DNA from: Clostridium sp.
GTDB lineage: Bacteria > Bacillota > Clostridia > Acetivibrionales > Acetivibrionaceae
DNA length: 64,000 nucleotides
Direction of reading: 5' to 3'
Assembly: GCA_012517995.1 (NCBI GenBank)
Contig: JAAYTS010000141.1
Span: 3,572 to 67,571 of the forward strand
The position numbers were made by a program, and so were the translations under genes. Every line of letters begins with the position of its first letter. The stretch's first letter is position 1. Positions 49,266 to 59,386 of the stretch are shown here, piece by piece. Below the pieces are notes generated by a model. It was given only the letters and a program-made list of their open reading frames with translations. It was not told the origin of the DNA and made no database searches.

Positions 49266-49353
49266 TTCATTTACGTATTTATATTTTTTTTGTCATTTTC
49301 CAATTCATTTTCGTAATTATTAAAATCCATTGACAAAACAGTGTTATATAATC

Positions 49354-49377
49354 TATACTGTATATATACGGTATACA
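49354..49377. promoter_or_regulatory. Probable YtrA/GntR operator overlapping the -10 and start site
   Basis: TTGACA (49330-35)-N18-TATACT; near-palindrome TATACTGTATATATACGGTATA and TGTATA-N7-TATACA. Confidence 0.6.
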
Positions 49378-49405
49378 CAGTAATAACTTTTGGAAAGGAG
49401 CCAAA

Positions 49406-49783
49406 ATGAACATTATTATTTCAAACTCCTCCGAAAAACCCATTTATGAGCAAATAACATCACAGATAAAGGACTATATTATAAAGGGTGTACTTAAGGA
49501 AGCTGATATTCTTCCATCTATAAGGAATCTTGCAAAGGAGTTAAAAATAAGTGTAATTACAACCAAAAGAGCATATGATGAATTGCAAAAAGACGGATTT
49601 ATAACTATTGTACCTGGAAAAGGTACTTATGTTTCCGCTCAAAATAAAGACTTGTTAAGAGAGTCAAGGCTTAGAATTGTTGAAGAAAAGCTTATGGAAG
49701 CAGTAAATGCTGCAAAATCTATAGAGCTTTCCTTTGATGAAATTTTGGAGATGCTAAAACTATTTTATGAGGAGGATTATTAA
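49406..49783 (+). CDS. GntR family regulator, YtrA subfamily
   Basis: PIYEQI, LPSIRNLA, TTKRAY..L, GKGTYV and a short C-terminal domain; upstream of an ABC transporter. Confidence 0.93.
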   Translation: MNIIISNSSEKPIYEQITSQIKDYIIKGVLKEADILPSIRNLAKELKISVITTKRAYDELQKDGFITIVPGKGTYVSAQNKDLLRESRLRIVEEKLMEAVNAAKSIELSFDEILEMLKLFYEEDY

Positions 49784-49784
49784 T

Positions 49785-50651
49785 ATGACGCCGATTCTTG
49801 AGATAAAAAACTTGAGAAAAGACTTTAAAGGTTTTTCTTTAAAGGACATAAATCTTTCACTTGAAAGAGGATTTATAATGGGATTTATCGGTCCAAATGG
49901 CGCTGGTAAAAGTACTACTATAAAGCTTATATTAAATCTTATGGAAAGAGACAGGGGAGAGATAAATGTATTTGGAAAAGACAATATAAAAAATGAAATA
50001 GAAGTAAAAAATAAAATTGGTTTTGTTTTAGATGAAAATCATTATTATGAAGAAATCACCATAAAAGAAATGAAGAGGATAATTGCTCCTTTCTACAAAC
50101 AGTGGGATGATGGTGTATTTAATAAATATGTTAAGGATTTTGGTCTTCCCATTGATAGAAAGATAAAGGAACTTTCTAAAGGAATGAAAATGAAATTTTC
50201 ACTGGCAGTTGCACTATCACATAATGCAGAGCTTTTAATTATGGATGAACCTACATCGGGGCTTGATCCTGTGGTTAGAAGTGAACTTTTAGACATATTA
50301 AGCGATTTAATGCAGGACGAAAACAAGGGAGTTTTTTTCTCCACACACATTACTTCAGACCTAGATAAAATTGCTGACTATATTACATTTATAAATAATG
50401 GAGAGATAGTTTTTAGCACCACTAAAGATGATATATTAGATAACTTTGGTCTGGTAAAGGGACCAAAGGAGCTTATTTTTGATAATAATTTATATGAATT
50501 TGTAGGAATGAGGGAGAATCAATATGGGTTTGAAGCACTTGTACAAGACAAGGAAAAATTTAAAAAATTATATGGTAACAAAGTTGTAATTGAAAAACCC
50601 ACATTAGAAGATATTATGGTTTATTATACAAGGAGGGATAAAAATGCTTAA
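49785..50651 (+). CDS. ABC transporter ATP-binding protein
   Basis: GPNGAGKST, LSKGM, MDEPTSGLD, STH. Confidence 0.95.
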   Translation: MTPILEIKNLRKDFKGFSLKDINLSLERGFIMGFIGPNGAGKSTTIKLILNLMERDRGEINVFGKDNIKNEIEVKNKIGFVLDENHYYEEITIKEMKRIIAPFYKQWDDGVFNKYVKDFGLPIDRKIKELSKGMKMKFSLAVALSHNAELLIMDEPTSGLDPVVRSELLDILSDLMQDENKGVFFSTHITSDLDKIADYITFINNGEIVFSTTKDDILDNFGLVKGPKELIFDNNLYEFVGMRENQYGFEALVQDKEKFKKLYGNKVVIEKPTLEDIMVYYTRRDKNA

Positions 50652-51300
50652 TCTTGTAATTAAAGATATACTTGTACAAAGGAGAACATTTTTTGGTGCG
50701 TTTGTTTATTTATTATTTTTTATTTTTGCATTTCAGAGTTTAGAAGGGAATGTATATACTTCTGCAATTGTTGCCTTTGTTTATTTACTGGTAATGGGTG
50801 CATTTGCTTATGATGATAAAAGCAAAGCAGATATTATGTTAAATAGCCTTCCTATTAAGAGAAAAAATATAGTAATGGCAAAGTATATATCTTTATTTGC
50901 TTATGTTGTTATTGGAACAGTGGTGTTTAGTGTTATTACTTCTGTAATTTCCATGCTAAATATTTCTATAAAAACATATCCTGTTACTGTTGAATTATTA
51001 GTTAGTGCTATTTTAGCAATTAGTATATTAAATTCAATATCTTTTCCATTGATGTTTAAGTGGGGTTACAATAAAGCAAGGGTTTTTAACATGATATTGT
51101 TTCTTTCCATTTTCTTTAGTGCACCTTTACTGGTTAACTTTTTTTCCAAACCAGACAGTGAATTTATTGCGACTGTTGTTGCTTTTTTAAAAAGACAATC
51201 TGATATAACTATAATTTCAGGATTACTTAGTTTATCTTTTATAATTCTTTTTATTTCATACTTGATTTCACTTAGATTTTATAAAAAAAGGGAGTTTTAG
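50644..51300 (+). CDS. ABC-2 type permease
   Basis: About 6 TM helices; LPIKRKNIVMAKY motif. Confidence 0.9.
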   Translation: MLNLVIKDILVQRRTFFGAFVYLLFFIFAFQSLEGNVYTSAIVAFVYLLVMGAFAYDDKSKADIMLNSLPIKRKNIVMAKYISLFAYVVIGTVVFSVITSVISMLNISIKTYPVTVELLVSAILAISILNSISFPLMFKWGYNKARVFNMILFLSIFFSAPLLVNFFSKPDSEFIATVVAFLKRQSDITIISGLLSLSFIILFISYLISLRFYKKREF

Positions 51301-51415
51301 AGTGAGTTTTTATAAAGTAAATAAAACAGATTAAAATACACATAAAACAATTGAAAAAATATATAACTTAGTATAAAATTGTATGTACAATAAATACAGT
51401 AAAGGTGAGTTTATT

Positions 51416-52435
51416 ATGAAGAAAACATCTAAAATTAGTTTGGTTATTGTTTTGGTTATATTTCAATTGTTTACTTTAAGTGTTAAAGGGTACGGGAAAG
51501 AAGAATCAGATGTTACCTATGAAGATGTATTTAAATTAAGTGATGAAAATAAAATGTCTTTATTGGAACCTGACTTAGTTAAATTTATTTACAAATATGG
51601 ACTTGCGGGGATTTTGAACAAAAAAATTGTAACTCCAATTACTATTATAGCAAAAGGACAGGAATATGTGCTTTTAAAGAATACTTATGCTAACCAAGGA
51701 ATGTCTAGTACATATGAAGAACAAAAAGATACATTAGAAGAGACAACAGTTGAGGTAGTTGATGAAACAGAAAGAATTCTATCTTTAGTCAAAGATTCCA
51801 TAGTATATGCGGAGGTTATTGAAGATACAAATTATTATCAATATCAAGGAAGTGGACTAATTGGAACATTTTCAAAAGGAGAAACAGTAGAAATATTAAG
51901 AGATTACAGTGGAATATGGTATAACGTAAAATCAGAAGATAAAACAGGGTGGGTAAGAGGAACAGCACTAAAGATTCCAGAAGATCCTAAAACAAATACT
52001 CATAGGATGACAAAAGAAGAGACGGAGTTTTTTGTAAATTATATTGGACTTTCAAGTGATACTAGCTATCTTGTATGGGTGGATATAGACAGACAGCTAA
52101 CCCATGTTTTTCTTGGTACTAAAGGGAAATGGAATCTTCACAAAACTATGGTTTGTGCAACGGGAAAAAACATCTCTCCCACTGTAAGAGGTATATATAA
52201 AATTCAAGATAGAGGTACTTGGTTTTATTCACCTAGATTAGGCGGTGGAGCAAAAAACTGGGTAAGATTTTCTGGAGACTATCTTTTTCATAGTATATCA
52301 ATGAACTCTAATCAAAATATTAAAGATGATACACTTGGGAAAAGAGTTTCAGCAGGATGTATTAGGTTATCTATAGAAGATAGTGAGTGGTTTTACAATT
52401 ATGTATCGTACGGAACTACTGTGTATGTCAATTAA
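51416..52435 (+). CDS. Secreted L,D-transpeptidase (YkuD) with SH3b domain
   Basis: Signal peptide, WYNVK...GWV SH3b, YLFHS...SAGCIRL catalytic His/Cys. Confidence 0.9.
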   Translation: MKKTSKISLVIVLVIFQLFTLSVKGYGKEESDVTYEDVFKLSDENKMSLLEPDLVKFIYKYGLAGILNKKIVTPITIIAKGQEYVLLKNTYANQGMSSTYEEQKDTLEETTVEVVDETERILSLVKDSIVYAEVIEDTNYYQYQGSGLIGTFSKGETVEILRDYSGIWYNVKSEDKTGWVRGTALKIPEDPKTNTHRMTKEETEFFVNYIGLSSDTSYLVWVDIDRQLTHVFLGTKGKWNLHKTMVCATGKNISPTVRGIYKIQDRGTWFYSPRLGGGAKNWVRFSGDYLFHSISMNSNQNIKDDTLGKRVSAGCIRLSIEDSEWFYNYVSYGTTVYVN

Positions 52436-52447
52436 AAACACTTTGAT

Positions 52448-52476
52448 TTGAAGCTTTCCACCAGATGTTATATAAT
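52448..52476 (+). promoter_or_regulatory. Sigma-A promoter of the dockerin gene
   Basis: TTGAAG-N17-TATAAT. Confidence 0.55.
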
Positions 52477-52510
52477 ATTAATTAACAATAATCTGTACGA
52501 GGTATTATAT

Positions 52511-54199
52511 ATGAAAAAAGTTTTATCCATTCTCTTAATTGTTTTCCTGCTAACAACTATGAGAAACTTTGTCACAGCAACAAATACACCTGAACAATAT
52601 ATATGGAATGCTGGTGTGGAAGGTGGAATTTTTGATGTGGCCAATGTGGTAAATGTATTGGATTTTGGTGCTAAAGGTGATGGTGTGACAGATGATTACC
52701 AAGCCTTTAATGCTGCTATCTCAGCGGTTACTGACGGTGGCGGGGTATTTGTACCAGAGGGGAAATACCTGATAAAATCAATGTTATCTTTTAATAAGCC
52801 TGTTGTACTTCGGGGAGAGGGTGCAGATAAAACTCATCTTTTAATAGACCATAATTCAAACGCCTTTGAAATTATAACTTACAAAAGAGGTGCTTGGTCA
52901 AAACTTGTTGGTGGATTTACAAAGGGTTCAAACCAACTTTTAGTAGAGAATGGGCCATCTTTTAAGTCTGGTCAATATGTAGAAATACAGCAGGATAACG
53001 ACAAAGATGTTATGTATACTTTACCAGATTGGAATGTAAATTGGGCAGAAGGTGCAATAGGACAAATTGCAAAAATAGTATCTGTTGAGGGAAATACTCT
53101 CATAATAGACAATCCTTTAAAGTATGATTATAAACAACATTTAAATCCTGTAATTAGAACCCAAGGACTAGTAGAATATGTTGGTTTTGAAAATTTTTCA
53201 GTGGAAAGGCTTGATAGAAGTGATACAAGTATATTTTATTTTAAAAATGCTGCCAACTGCTGGGTAAAAAATGTTCATAGCAAACGGGCAAGAAAGTGCC
53301 ATGTACATGTAAATACAGGATATGGTATAGAAATAAGAGATAGCTTTTTTGATGATGCCACTGACTGGAGTGGCGGAGGTCATGGATATGGGGTACAGCT
53401 TGGACTACATTCTACAAACTGCCTTATTGAAAACAATATATTTAAACATTTAAGACATTCCATGATGGCTCAGCTTGGTTCAAATGGCAATGTTTTTGGA
53501 TATAACTATTCTATAGAGCCTTACCAAAGCGAGGGTGGCAACTGGACACCTGCAGATATTTCACTTCATGGGCACTACCCCCATGCAAATCTTTTTGAAG
53601 GAAATATAGTTCAGAAAATAACTGTATCAGACTATTGGGGACCTTCAGGACCGAATACATTTTTGCGTAATAGAATAGAATCTGAAGGAATTAAAGTTGA
53701 AGACTCTTCAAACTTTCAAAGGTTTTTAGGAAATGAATTGGTAAAGGGAAGTATATTATGGGATACAGACAGCCGTTATCCTCATTTAATAGATTCTTCT
53801 ACCATTTTAAGACATGGCAATTATATTAATGGCTCAATTGAATGGGATGAAAAAACACCTTATCAAAACATACCAATTTCATACTATCATAATTCAAAGC
53901 CATCTTTTTATAAGTCTTTACAATGGCCTTCAATAGGTGCAGACAGGTTGAATGGAACAAATCCTGCAAAAGAAAGATATTTAAATAAAGATATATTATA
54001 TGGGGATTTAAATGGTGATAATATAGTTAATTCTCTTGACTGTGTGCTCCTTGGAAGATTTCTTTTAGAAATTATAAATGATTTTCCAAACCTTAATGGC
54101 ATAAATGCAGCAGATTTAAATAAAGATGGAATAATAAACTCTGTGGATTATACTTTATTGAGTAGGTATGTTTTAGGTGTTATTGATAATTTAAATTAG
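52511..54199 (+). CDS. Cellulosomal protein: right-handed beta-helix (pectate lyase 3/GH55-like) domain plus C-terminal type I dockerin
   Basis: Signal peptide; VNVLDFGAKGDGVTDD start, beta-helix-type repeats, and two dockerin Ca-binding loops (YGDLNGDNIVNSLD, ADLNKDGIINSVD). Confidence 0.9.
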   Translation: MKKVLSILLIVFLLTTMRNFVTATNTPEQYIWNAGVEGGIFDVANVVNVLDFGAKGDGVTDDYQAFNAAISAVTDGGGVFVPEGKYLIKSMLSFNKPVVLRGEGADKTHLLIDHNSNAFEIITYKRGAWSKLVGGFTKGSNQLLVENGPSFKSGQYVEIQQDNDKDVMYTLPDWNVNWAEGAIGQIAKIVSVEGNTLIIDNPLKYDYKQHLNPVIRTQGLVEYVGFENFSVERLDRSDTSIFYFKNAANCWVKNVHSKRARKCHVHVNTGYGIEIRDSFFDDATDWSGGGHGYGVQLGLHSTNCLIENNIFKHLRHSMMAQLGSNGNVFGYNYSIEPYQSEGGNWTPADISLHGHYPHANLFEGNIVQKITVSDYWGPSGPNTFLRNRIESEGIKVEDSSNFQRFLGNELVKGSILWDTDSRYPHLIDSSTILRHGNYINGSIEWDEKTPYQNIPISYYHNSKPSFYKSLQWPSIGADRLNGTNPAKERYLNKDILYGDLNGDNIVNSLDCVLLGRFLLEIINDFPNLNGINAADLNKDGIINSVDYTLLSRYVLGVIDNLN

Positions 54200-54288
54200 G
54201 AAAAGATACACAAGAAAAAGATGTTTAGCAAATAGATTTAGTGGAAAATAAAATGCAGGTATCATTTTAGTGAATATGGAGGAACCAT

Positions 54289-55188
54289 GTGAAAAAAGAC
54301 AATATGCATTTAAGCAATTCAGAATCAAAGAAAATAGCAATGAAAGTATCTAAAACAACCATCATTATAAACCTTATATTATTTATTTTAAAACTATTTG
54401 CTGGTATATTTGCAAAGTCAGGGGCCATGGTTTCAGATGCTATTCATACAGCTTCTGATGTGTTTAGCACTTTCATAGTAATTATAGGTGTTCACATCTC
54501 ACACAAAAAACCTGACAGCACTCATCAATATGGACATGAACGTCTAGAATCTGTTGCGTCTATTATACTTTCAGTTATATTAGCTGTTACAGGAATGTTT
54601 ATTGGATTAAATGGAATAGAAAAAATATTTGGTGGAAATTATGGTGAACTTGAAATTCCTGGAGTGTTGGCATTAGTTGCTGCAGTTTTATCAATAGCAG
54701 TTAAAGAGTGGATGTATTGGTATACTAGAAGTGCAGCTAAAAAAATCAACTCAGGCTCACTTATGGCAGATGCCTGGCATCATCGTTCAGATTCACTGTC
54801 ATCAATAGGAGCTTTTATAGGGATTTTAGGAGCACGTGTTGGGTTTGCTATACTTGATCCAGTTGCAAGTTTAGTAATATGCATATTTATCGGTAAAGCA
54901 GCATTTGATATTTTTAGAGAATCCGTTGACAAACTAGTGGATAAATCCTGTGATGAAGAAATGCTAGAGAAAATTAAAAATGTAATAAATGCGCAGGAAG
55001 GAGTGCTGCAGATTGATGAAATCAGAACCAGATTATTTGGAAATAAAATATATGTTGATGTAGAAATTCTTGCAGATGGCTCAAAGTCATTAAATGAAGC
55101 CCATGAAATTGCTGAAAGGGTACATGATGCAATTGAAAGGGAATTTGCAATGGTAAAACACTGTATGGTACATGTAAACCCCAAATAG
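54289..55188 (+). CDS. Cation diffusion facilitator (FieF-like)
   Basis: SDAIHTASD, HQYGHERLE, DAWHHRSD, MVHVNP. Confidence 0.93.
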   Translation: MKKDNMHLSNSESKKIAMKVSKTTIIINLILFILKLFAGIFAKSGAMVSDAIHTASDVFSTFIVIIGVHISHKKPDSTHQYGHERLESVASIILSVILAVTGMFIGLNGIEKIFGGNYGELEIPGVLALVAAVLSIAVKEWMYWYTRSAAKKINSGSLMADAWHHRSDSLSSIGAFIGILGARVGFAILDPVASLVICIFIGKAAFDIFRESVDKLVDKSCDEEMLEKIKNVINAQEGVLQIDEIRTRLFGNKIYVDVEILADGSKSLNEAHEIAERVHDAIEREFAMVKHCMVHVNPK

Positions 55189-55233
55189 ACGGGGAAGTAT
55201 AATAAAGAGATTAAAAGAAACAAATTAAAAAAT

Positions 55234-55284
55234 AAGGAGCTGTAGCAAAAGGTTTATTTAATAATTTTGCCACAGCTTCTTTTT
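55234..55284. terminator. Bidirectional terminator or REP-like palindrome
   Basis: AAGGAGCTGTAGCAAAA-N14-TTTTGCCACAGCTTCTT. Confidence 0.75.
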
Positions 55285-55349
55285 GTGCATTTTACAGATT
55301 TTAGATTATAGAATTGCCATATTGCATTTCATATACTACTATTGGCATA

Positions 55350-57539
55350 CTACAATTCATATATTATAAAGTGATGGTCTGTTTTTTTAACAAGTTCTAT
55401 ATAGATTTCTTTTAACATTTCCTCACTTGTTCTGTAGTAAGCTTTTTTCTTAGAATCTGGATATGCAATATCTAAAAGTTTATACTTTCTATTTTTCTTA
55501 ATAACCTTCTTAAATTTTTTTGGCAGTTCAACAGAGCCAATTTGTTTTTGGTCAGTGAGGTTTGAAACCACAATTTCCAGCACAGGATTACCTTCTTTTT
55601 CATGCCTTAATTCACCCCATTTTTTAGTTACAGGGTTTTGATATATTATTTTTCTTCCAGGTGTTATATTTGCAATCCATGTAAAAAACATGCCGTGTTC
55701 AATGAGCCTTTCAGGATAGTCAAATGGCTGGTCTTCTCTGTTGAAAATTTTTGTAAGCTGTTTTTTAAAAGGCTCAAGCTTTTGAATAGGGGGTAAAATC
55801 CTGCAAAAATTCTTATTTGGGTTTTCAATTCCACAGGAAGTACCAGCAATATTTATATTAAAATACTCTTTAACCCCTACCTCTTCTGGAAATAGCAGTG
55901 CAAAAATATCCTGCAGTGGAATGGTTGCAGTTTGGGCAGAAGATGTCATAAAGGCTTCCAATATAGCAATTCCCATTTGGGAGGTAATATCTTCAGGATT
56001 TAGTGGTGTTTGATTTGGAGTTGTAAGAATTCCAAACTGCTGGCTTAAAAAGTTGGCTATTTTATGTTCCGGGTACCTAAAGTCGCCTAAATCTATATCT
56101 CCTCTTTTACCACAGAGAATTTGAATAATAGTAGGCAGATCATGGGTGGATAAGAATAATTCTATATCTTCAGGCAGCTTTTGAGGATTAGAATACTGAC
56201 CACCTAAACTCTTGTGAGGAGCAACATACATTTCTGCAATTGGATGTCCTTCTTTTTTCATTTTTCTAATGGCCTCTTCAACAGCACTTTGCCTTGGAGC
56301 ATCTCCTAGAGTTTCTCCTCCAACTTCAAGCCCATGCTTTAAGGCAATTTTAATGATTTTTTCAACATTTTTAATTTTCTGTGCCCTTTTAGAAGGGTCA
56401 ATTTCATACCTTCCAGGGTCATTTGGTACTCCTTTTTTTATAATATATTGAGTAGCATAACCACACATATGGTCTAAAAACAAAACATCAATATATTGGG
56501 ACAGGTATTTTATTCTCTGTTCCATTAATTCATAATAAGCTTCACTTTCTGTAATATACGGAGGAATGCACCAGTTTTGACCGTTGTCAGTTCCAAGCTC
56601 ATATTCAATATTAAATGCCTTTCCTTGAAGTGACCAGACATCTCCGCTAGCAGAGGGGTCAATTCCAAATGCAATATTTACCTCTCGCTTTAATCCAAGC
56701 TCATTGTACAATTCTTTTATTAAAAGCTGCTGCTCATGTATGCAAAACTGACTATATTTATAAATCTCAATTTCTTCAGCGTGAAGAGATGCCAATATCT
56801 TTACATCTTCACTTTCTGGATTTTGATACCTTTTAGGCCAGGTTCTAAAATCAGGCTGTGCATCCATATAGGTATTTAACACCTTAGTTTGAACAATGGA
56901 GAATATGGCGTTTATTTCTAAATTTTCTTTGTACGTATTGACATATTCCTCATATTTTTTAGCTCTTTCAGATTGGGGTTCTTGAGAAATTTTATCAACA
57001 AACTTTTTGTATGCTTTAGCCAAAATACCTTTTCGTATCTCACGATGCATACTAAAATCACAGGCTAAATTATTTTCATAAGAAACAGGTCTTTTAGGAA
57101 TTATAGCTAAAAGTTCAGGATTTTCTTGTATTTCAGGAACCATTTCTAAAACAAGATAATCCAGTTCAAGCCCAAAAGATGATGAGGAAAAAGGGCTTGT
57201 TGTACTTTGGTGTTTTTGAGTAAATGGAAGTTCTGCAATACCAGAAACACCAATATCTTTTAAAAAGTACATAATATATACTAGATCCTCAAGATTTCCA
57301 GCATAATCCCGCTTTGTTAAAAAGTCCAAAGCAATTTTTAAGGCAGCCATTTTAAAAAATGGGTCAAAATTAATTTTTTCCAAAATTTCTTCTGACTTAT
57401 CAGTTCCTGAATGAGATATTTCAGGAAAGACTGATAAAAGAATTTTAATTGCATCATTTAATCGGGTAAAGCTTGAAGATGAATTAGCAGCAAATACTGG
57501 CACAATTACCTTTGAGCTTTTTACATATGATTTATTCAT
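55350..57539 (-). CDS. Divergent GH77 (4-alpha-glucanotransferase)-like protein with an extra C-terminal beta domain
   Basis: Collinear GH77-like motifs: GNLEDL, LPF..SPFS, GQNW, LDH, GETLG, STHD, PLQD, INIAGT. Confidence 0.72.
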   Translation of the reverse strand: MNKSYVKSSKVIVPVFAANSSSSFTRLNDAIKILLSVFPEISHSGTDKSEEILEKINFDPFFKMAALKIALDFLTKRDYAGNLEDLVYIMYFLKDIGVSGIAELPFTQKHQSTTSPFSSSSFGLELDYLVLEMVPEIQENPELLAIIPKRPVSYENNLACDFSMHREIRKGILAKAYKKFVDKISQEPQSERAKKYEEYVNTYKENLEINAIFSIVQTKVLNTYMDAQPDFRTWPKRYQNPESEDVKILASLHAEEIEIYKYSQFCIHEQQLLIKELYNELGLKREVNIAFGIDPSASGDVWSLQGKAFNIEYELGTDNGQNWCIPPYITESEAYYELMEQRIKYLSQYIDVLFLDHMCGYATQYIIKKGVPNDPGRYEIDPSKRAQKIKNVEKIIKIALKHGLEVGGETLGDAPRQSAVEEAIRKMKKEGHPIAEMYVAPHKSLGGQYSNPQKLPEDIELFLSTHDLPTIIQILCGKRGDIDLGDFRYPEHKIANFLSQQFGILTTPNQTPLNPEDITSQMGIAILEAFMTSSAQTATIPLQDIFALLFPEEVGVKEYFNINIAGTSCGIENPNKNFCRILPPIQKLEPFKKQLTKIFNREDQPFDYPERLIEHGMFFTWIANITPGRKIIYQNPVTKKWGELRHEKEGNPVLEIVVSNLTDQKQIGSVELPKKFKKVIKKNRKYKLLDIAYPDSKKKAYYRTSEEMLKEIYIELVKKTDHHFIIYEL

Positions 57540-57916
57540 TATATACCCCCTACACCTATGCTATATAATATTAATACCCTATAAATAATATTATATATCG
57601 GTTTTAAATTGCTTGAACGTTATATTATTTTTAAAATTTAAATATTTAAATGCACTTTATACAAAAAGACTTCATTTTTTTGTAAGTGAATTAACAGTGC
57701 AAAGGGTCTTTTTTAAAATTATATCATGATAAATATTATATTTCATAGGTAGTTTTATCAATGTTATTATTTACCTTCACAAACTAAAAGATTTAAATTT
57801 ACATTTTAATTAAAAAAGTTCTTTTTAGTACTTTTTTGCATTATTATATGTTAACATTAATAAAAAGAGTGACGATAAAATATAAAAATTAGTTTATTAA
57901 TCAAGGAGATGTACTT

Positions 57917-59329
57917 ATGTTAAAGCTAAGAACTGTAATAATTATTTTATGCATCACTGTATTAATTAATCCATTTTATTTACATGCACAACATAATATA
58001 AATATAGCACCAAACTGTACATCATTTATATTAATTGATGCAAATTCCAACGTGGTAATTTGTGGAAAGAATGCTGATATGAAATTGCATCCTGCAAGTG
58101 TAACTAAGGTTATGACAGCAATATTGGCAATTGAGCTTGGTGATTTTTCAAAGCCTTACACTGCGAGTAATTTTGCAGTAAAATCAATAGGATTGGGCGG
58201 TTCTAACGTTGGAATACAGCCTGGGGAACAAATATACTTAAACGACCTTTTACATATGTTAATGCTTGCCTCAGCAAATGATGCTGCTAATGTTATTGCT
58301 GAAAATATTGCAGGAAGCGTTAGTGGATTTGCAAATCTTATGAATGAAAAAGCAAGGCAAATTGGAGCACAAAACACCAACTTTTTCAATCCCATTGGTC
58401 TTGATGTGGAAGATGGGTACCCTGATAACAAAACAACAGTCAGGGATTTAGCTAACATAACTCGCTATGCCATGTCAAACCCAAAATTCAGGGAGATAGT
58501 TTCAAAAAGTGAGTTTGTTGTAGCAGCTACCAATAAAAGAGGGGCAAAACATATAAAAACAACAAATAGGTTTTTTGAAGATATAGATTATAATAAGCTT
58601 CTTTACACAGTAAATGGTGTTAAAACAGGTTATACAAAAGCAGCTTTAAATACGGGGGTGTTTTCTGCAAAAAATAAAGAAGGGGCAGAGTTAATATGTG
58701 TTGTTATGAAAAATGTAAACAGGACAAATATGTTTGAAGAAATAAAAGCACTTTTTGATTACGGTTTTACTCAAAACAAAGTAGAACTTCAAAAAAATTT
58801 TTATGATATAAGATTTAGATGGTCTAAAGAGCATATAAACTCATTTTTAGAAAAGGGATATATTCGTGGCTATGAAGATGGTTCTTTTAAACCTTGTAAT
58901 GAAGCTACAAAAGAAGAGTTTATAAGTCTTTTGATGAAAATAAAAGGATTTAATCCTGAAGGGGAACAGGAATATTGGTCTAAAATCTATATTGATGAAG
59001 CAATAAAAAGAGGTTTTATTGATGCTTCATGGAATGAGAAAAGAAAGGAAACAATAAGCCGTTTAGAATCTGCTTTGGTTCTTTCCAAAACATTAGATTA
59101 TAATTTTGTTATAAATGGGATAGATAAAGAACAATATCTGTTAGCATCTGCAGACATGGATAAGTTTTCCAATATAGATGTAAGCATTTTAGAAGATATA
59201 TTAAAAGTATATAATTGCGGAATAATCAGCGGTTATAATGGAGATTTATTTTTAGAGAAAATTTTAACAAGAGAAGAAATGGTTGCAATGATTAATAATT
59301 ATTTAAATTTCAAATCAGAAATTCATTAA
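57917..59329 (+). CDS. D-alanyl-D-alanine carboxypeptidase (S11) with C-terminal SLH domains
   Basis: ASVTK, SAN and KTG motifs; GYEDGSFKP...TKEEF and GIISGY...LTREE SLH repeats. Confidence 0.9.
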   Translation: MLKLRTVIIILCITVLINPFYLHAQHNINIAPNCTSFILIDANSNVVICGKNADMKLHPASVTKVMTAILAIELGDFSKPYTASNFAVKSIGLGGSNVGIQPGEQIYLNDLLHMLMLASANDAANVIAENIAGSVSGFANLMNEKARQIGAQNTNFFNPIGLDVEDGYPDNKTTVRDLANITRYAMSNPKFREIVSKSEFVVAATNKRGAKHIKTTNRFFEDIDYNKLLYTVNGVKTGYTKAALNTGVFSAKNKEGAELICVVMKNVNRTNMFEEIKALFDYGFTQNKVELQKNFYDIRFRWSKEHINSFLEKGYIRGYEDGSFKPCNEATKEEFISLLMKIKGFNPEGEQEYWSKIYIDEAIKRGFIDASWNEKRKETISRLESALVLSKTLDYNFVINGIDKEQYLLASADMDKFSNIDVSILEDILKVYNCGIISGYNGDLFLEKILTREEMVAMINNYLNFKSEIH

Positions 59330-59380
59330 TTTTATTTGGGCTGTGGCACCAATTACTTAATGCCACAGCCCAAATAAAAT
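59329..59380. terminator. Bidirectional terminator or REP-like palindrome with 20-bp perfect arms
   Basis: ATTTTATTTGGGCTGTGGCA-N12-TGCCACAGCCCAAATAAAAT. Confidence 0.85.
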
Positions 59381-59386
59381 GTTCTT

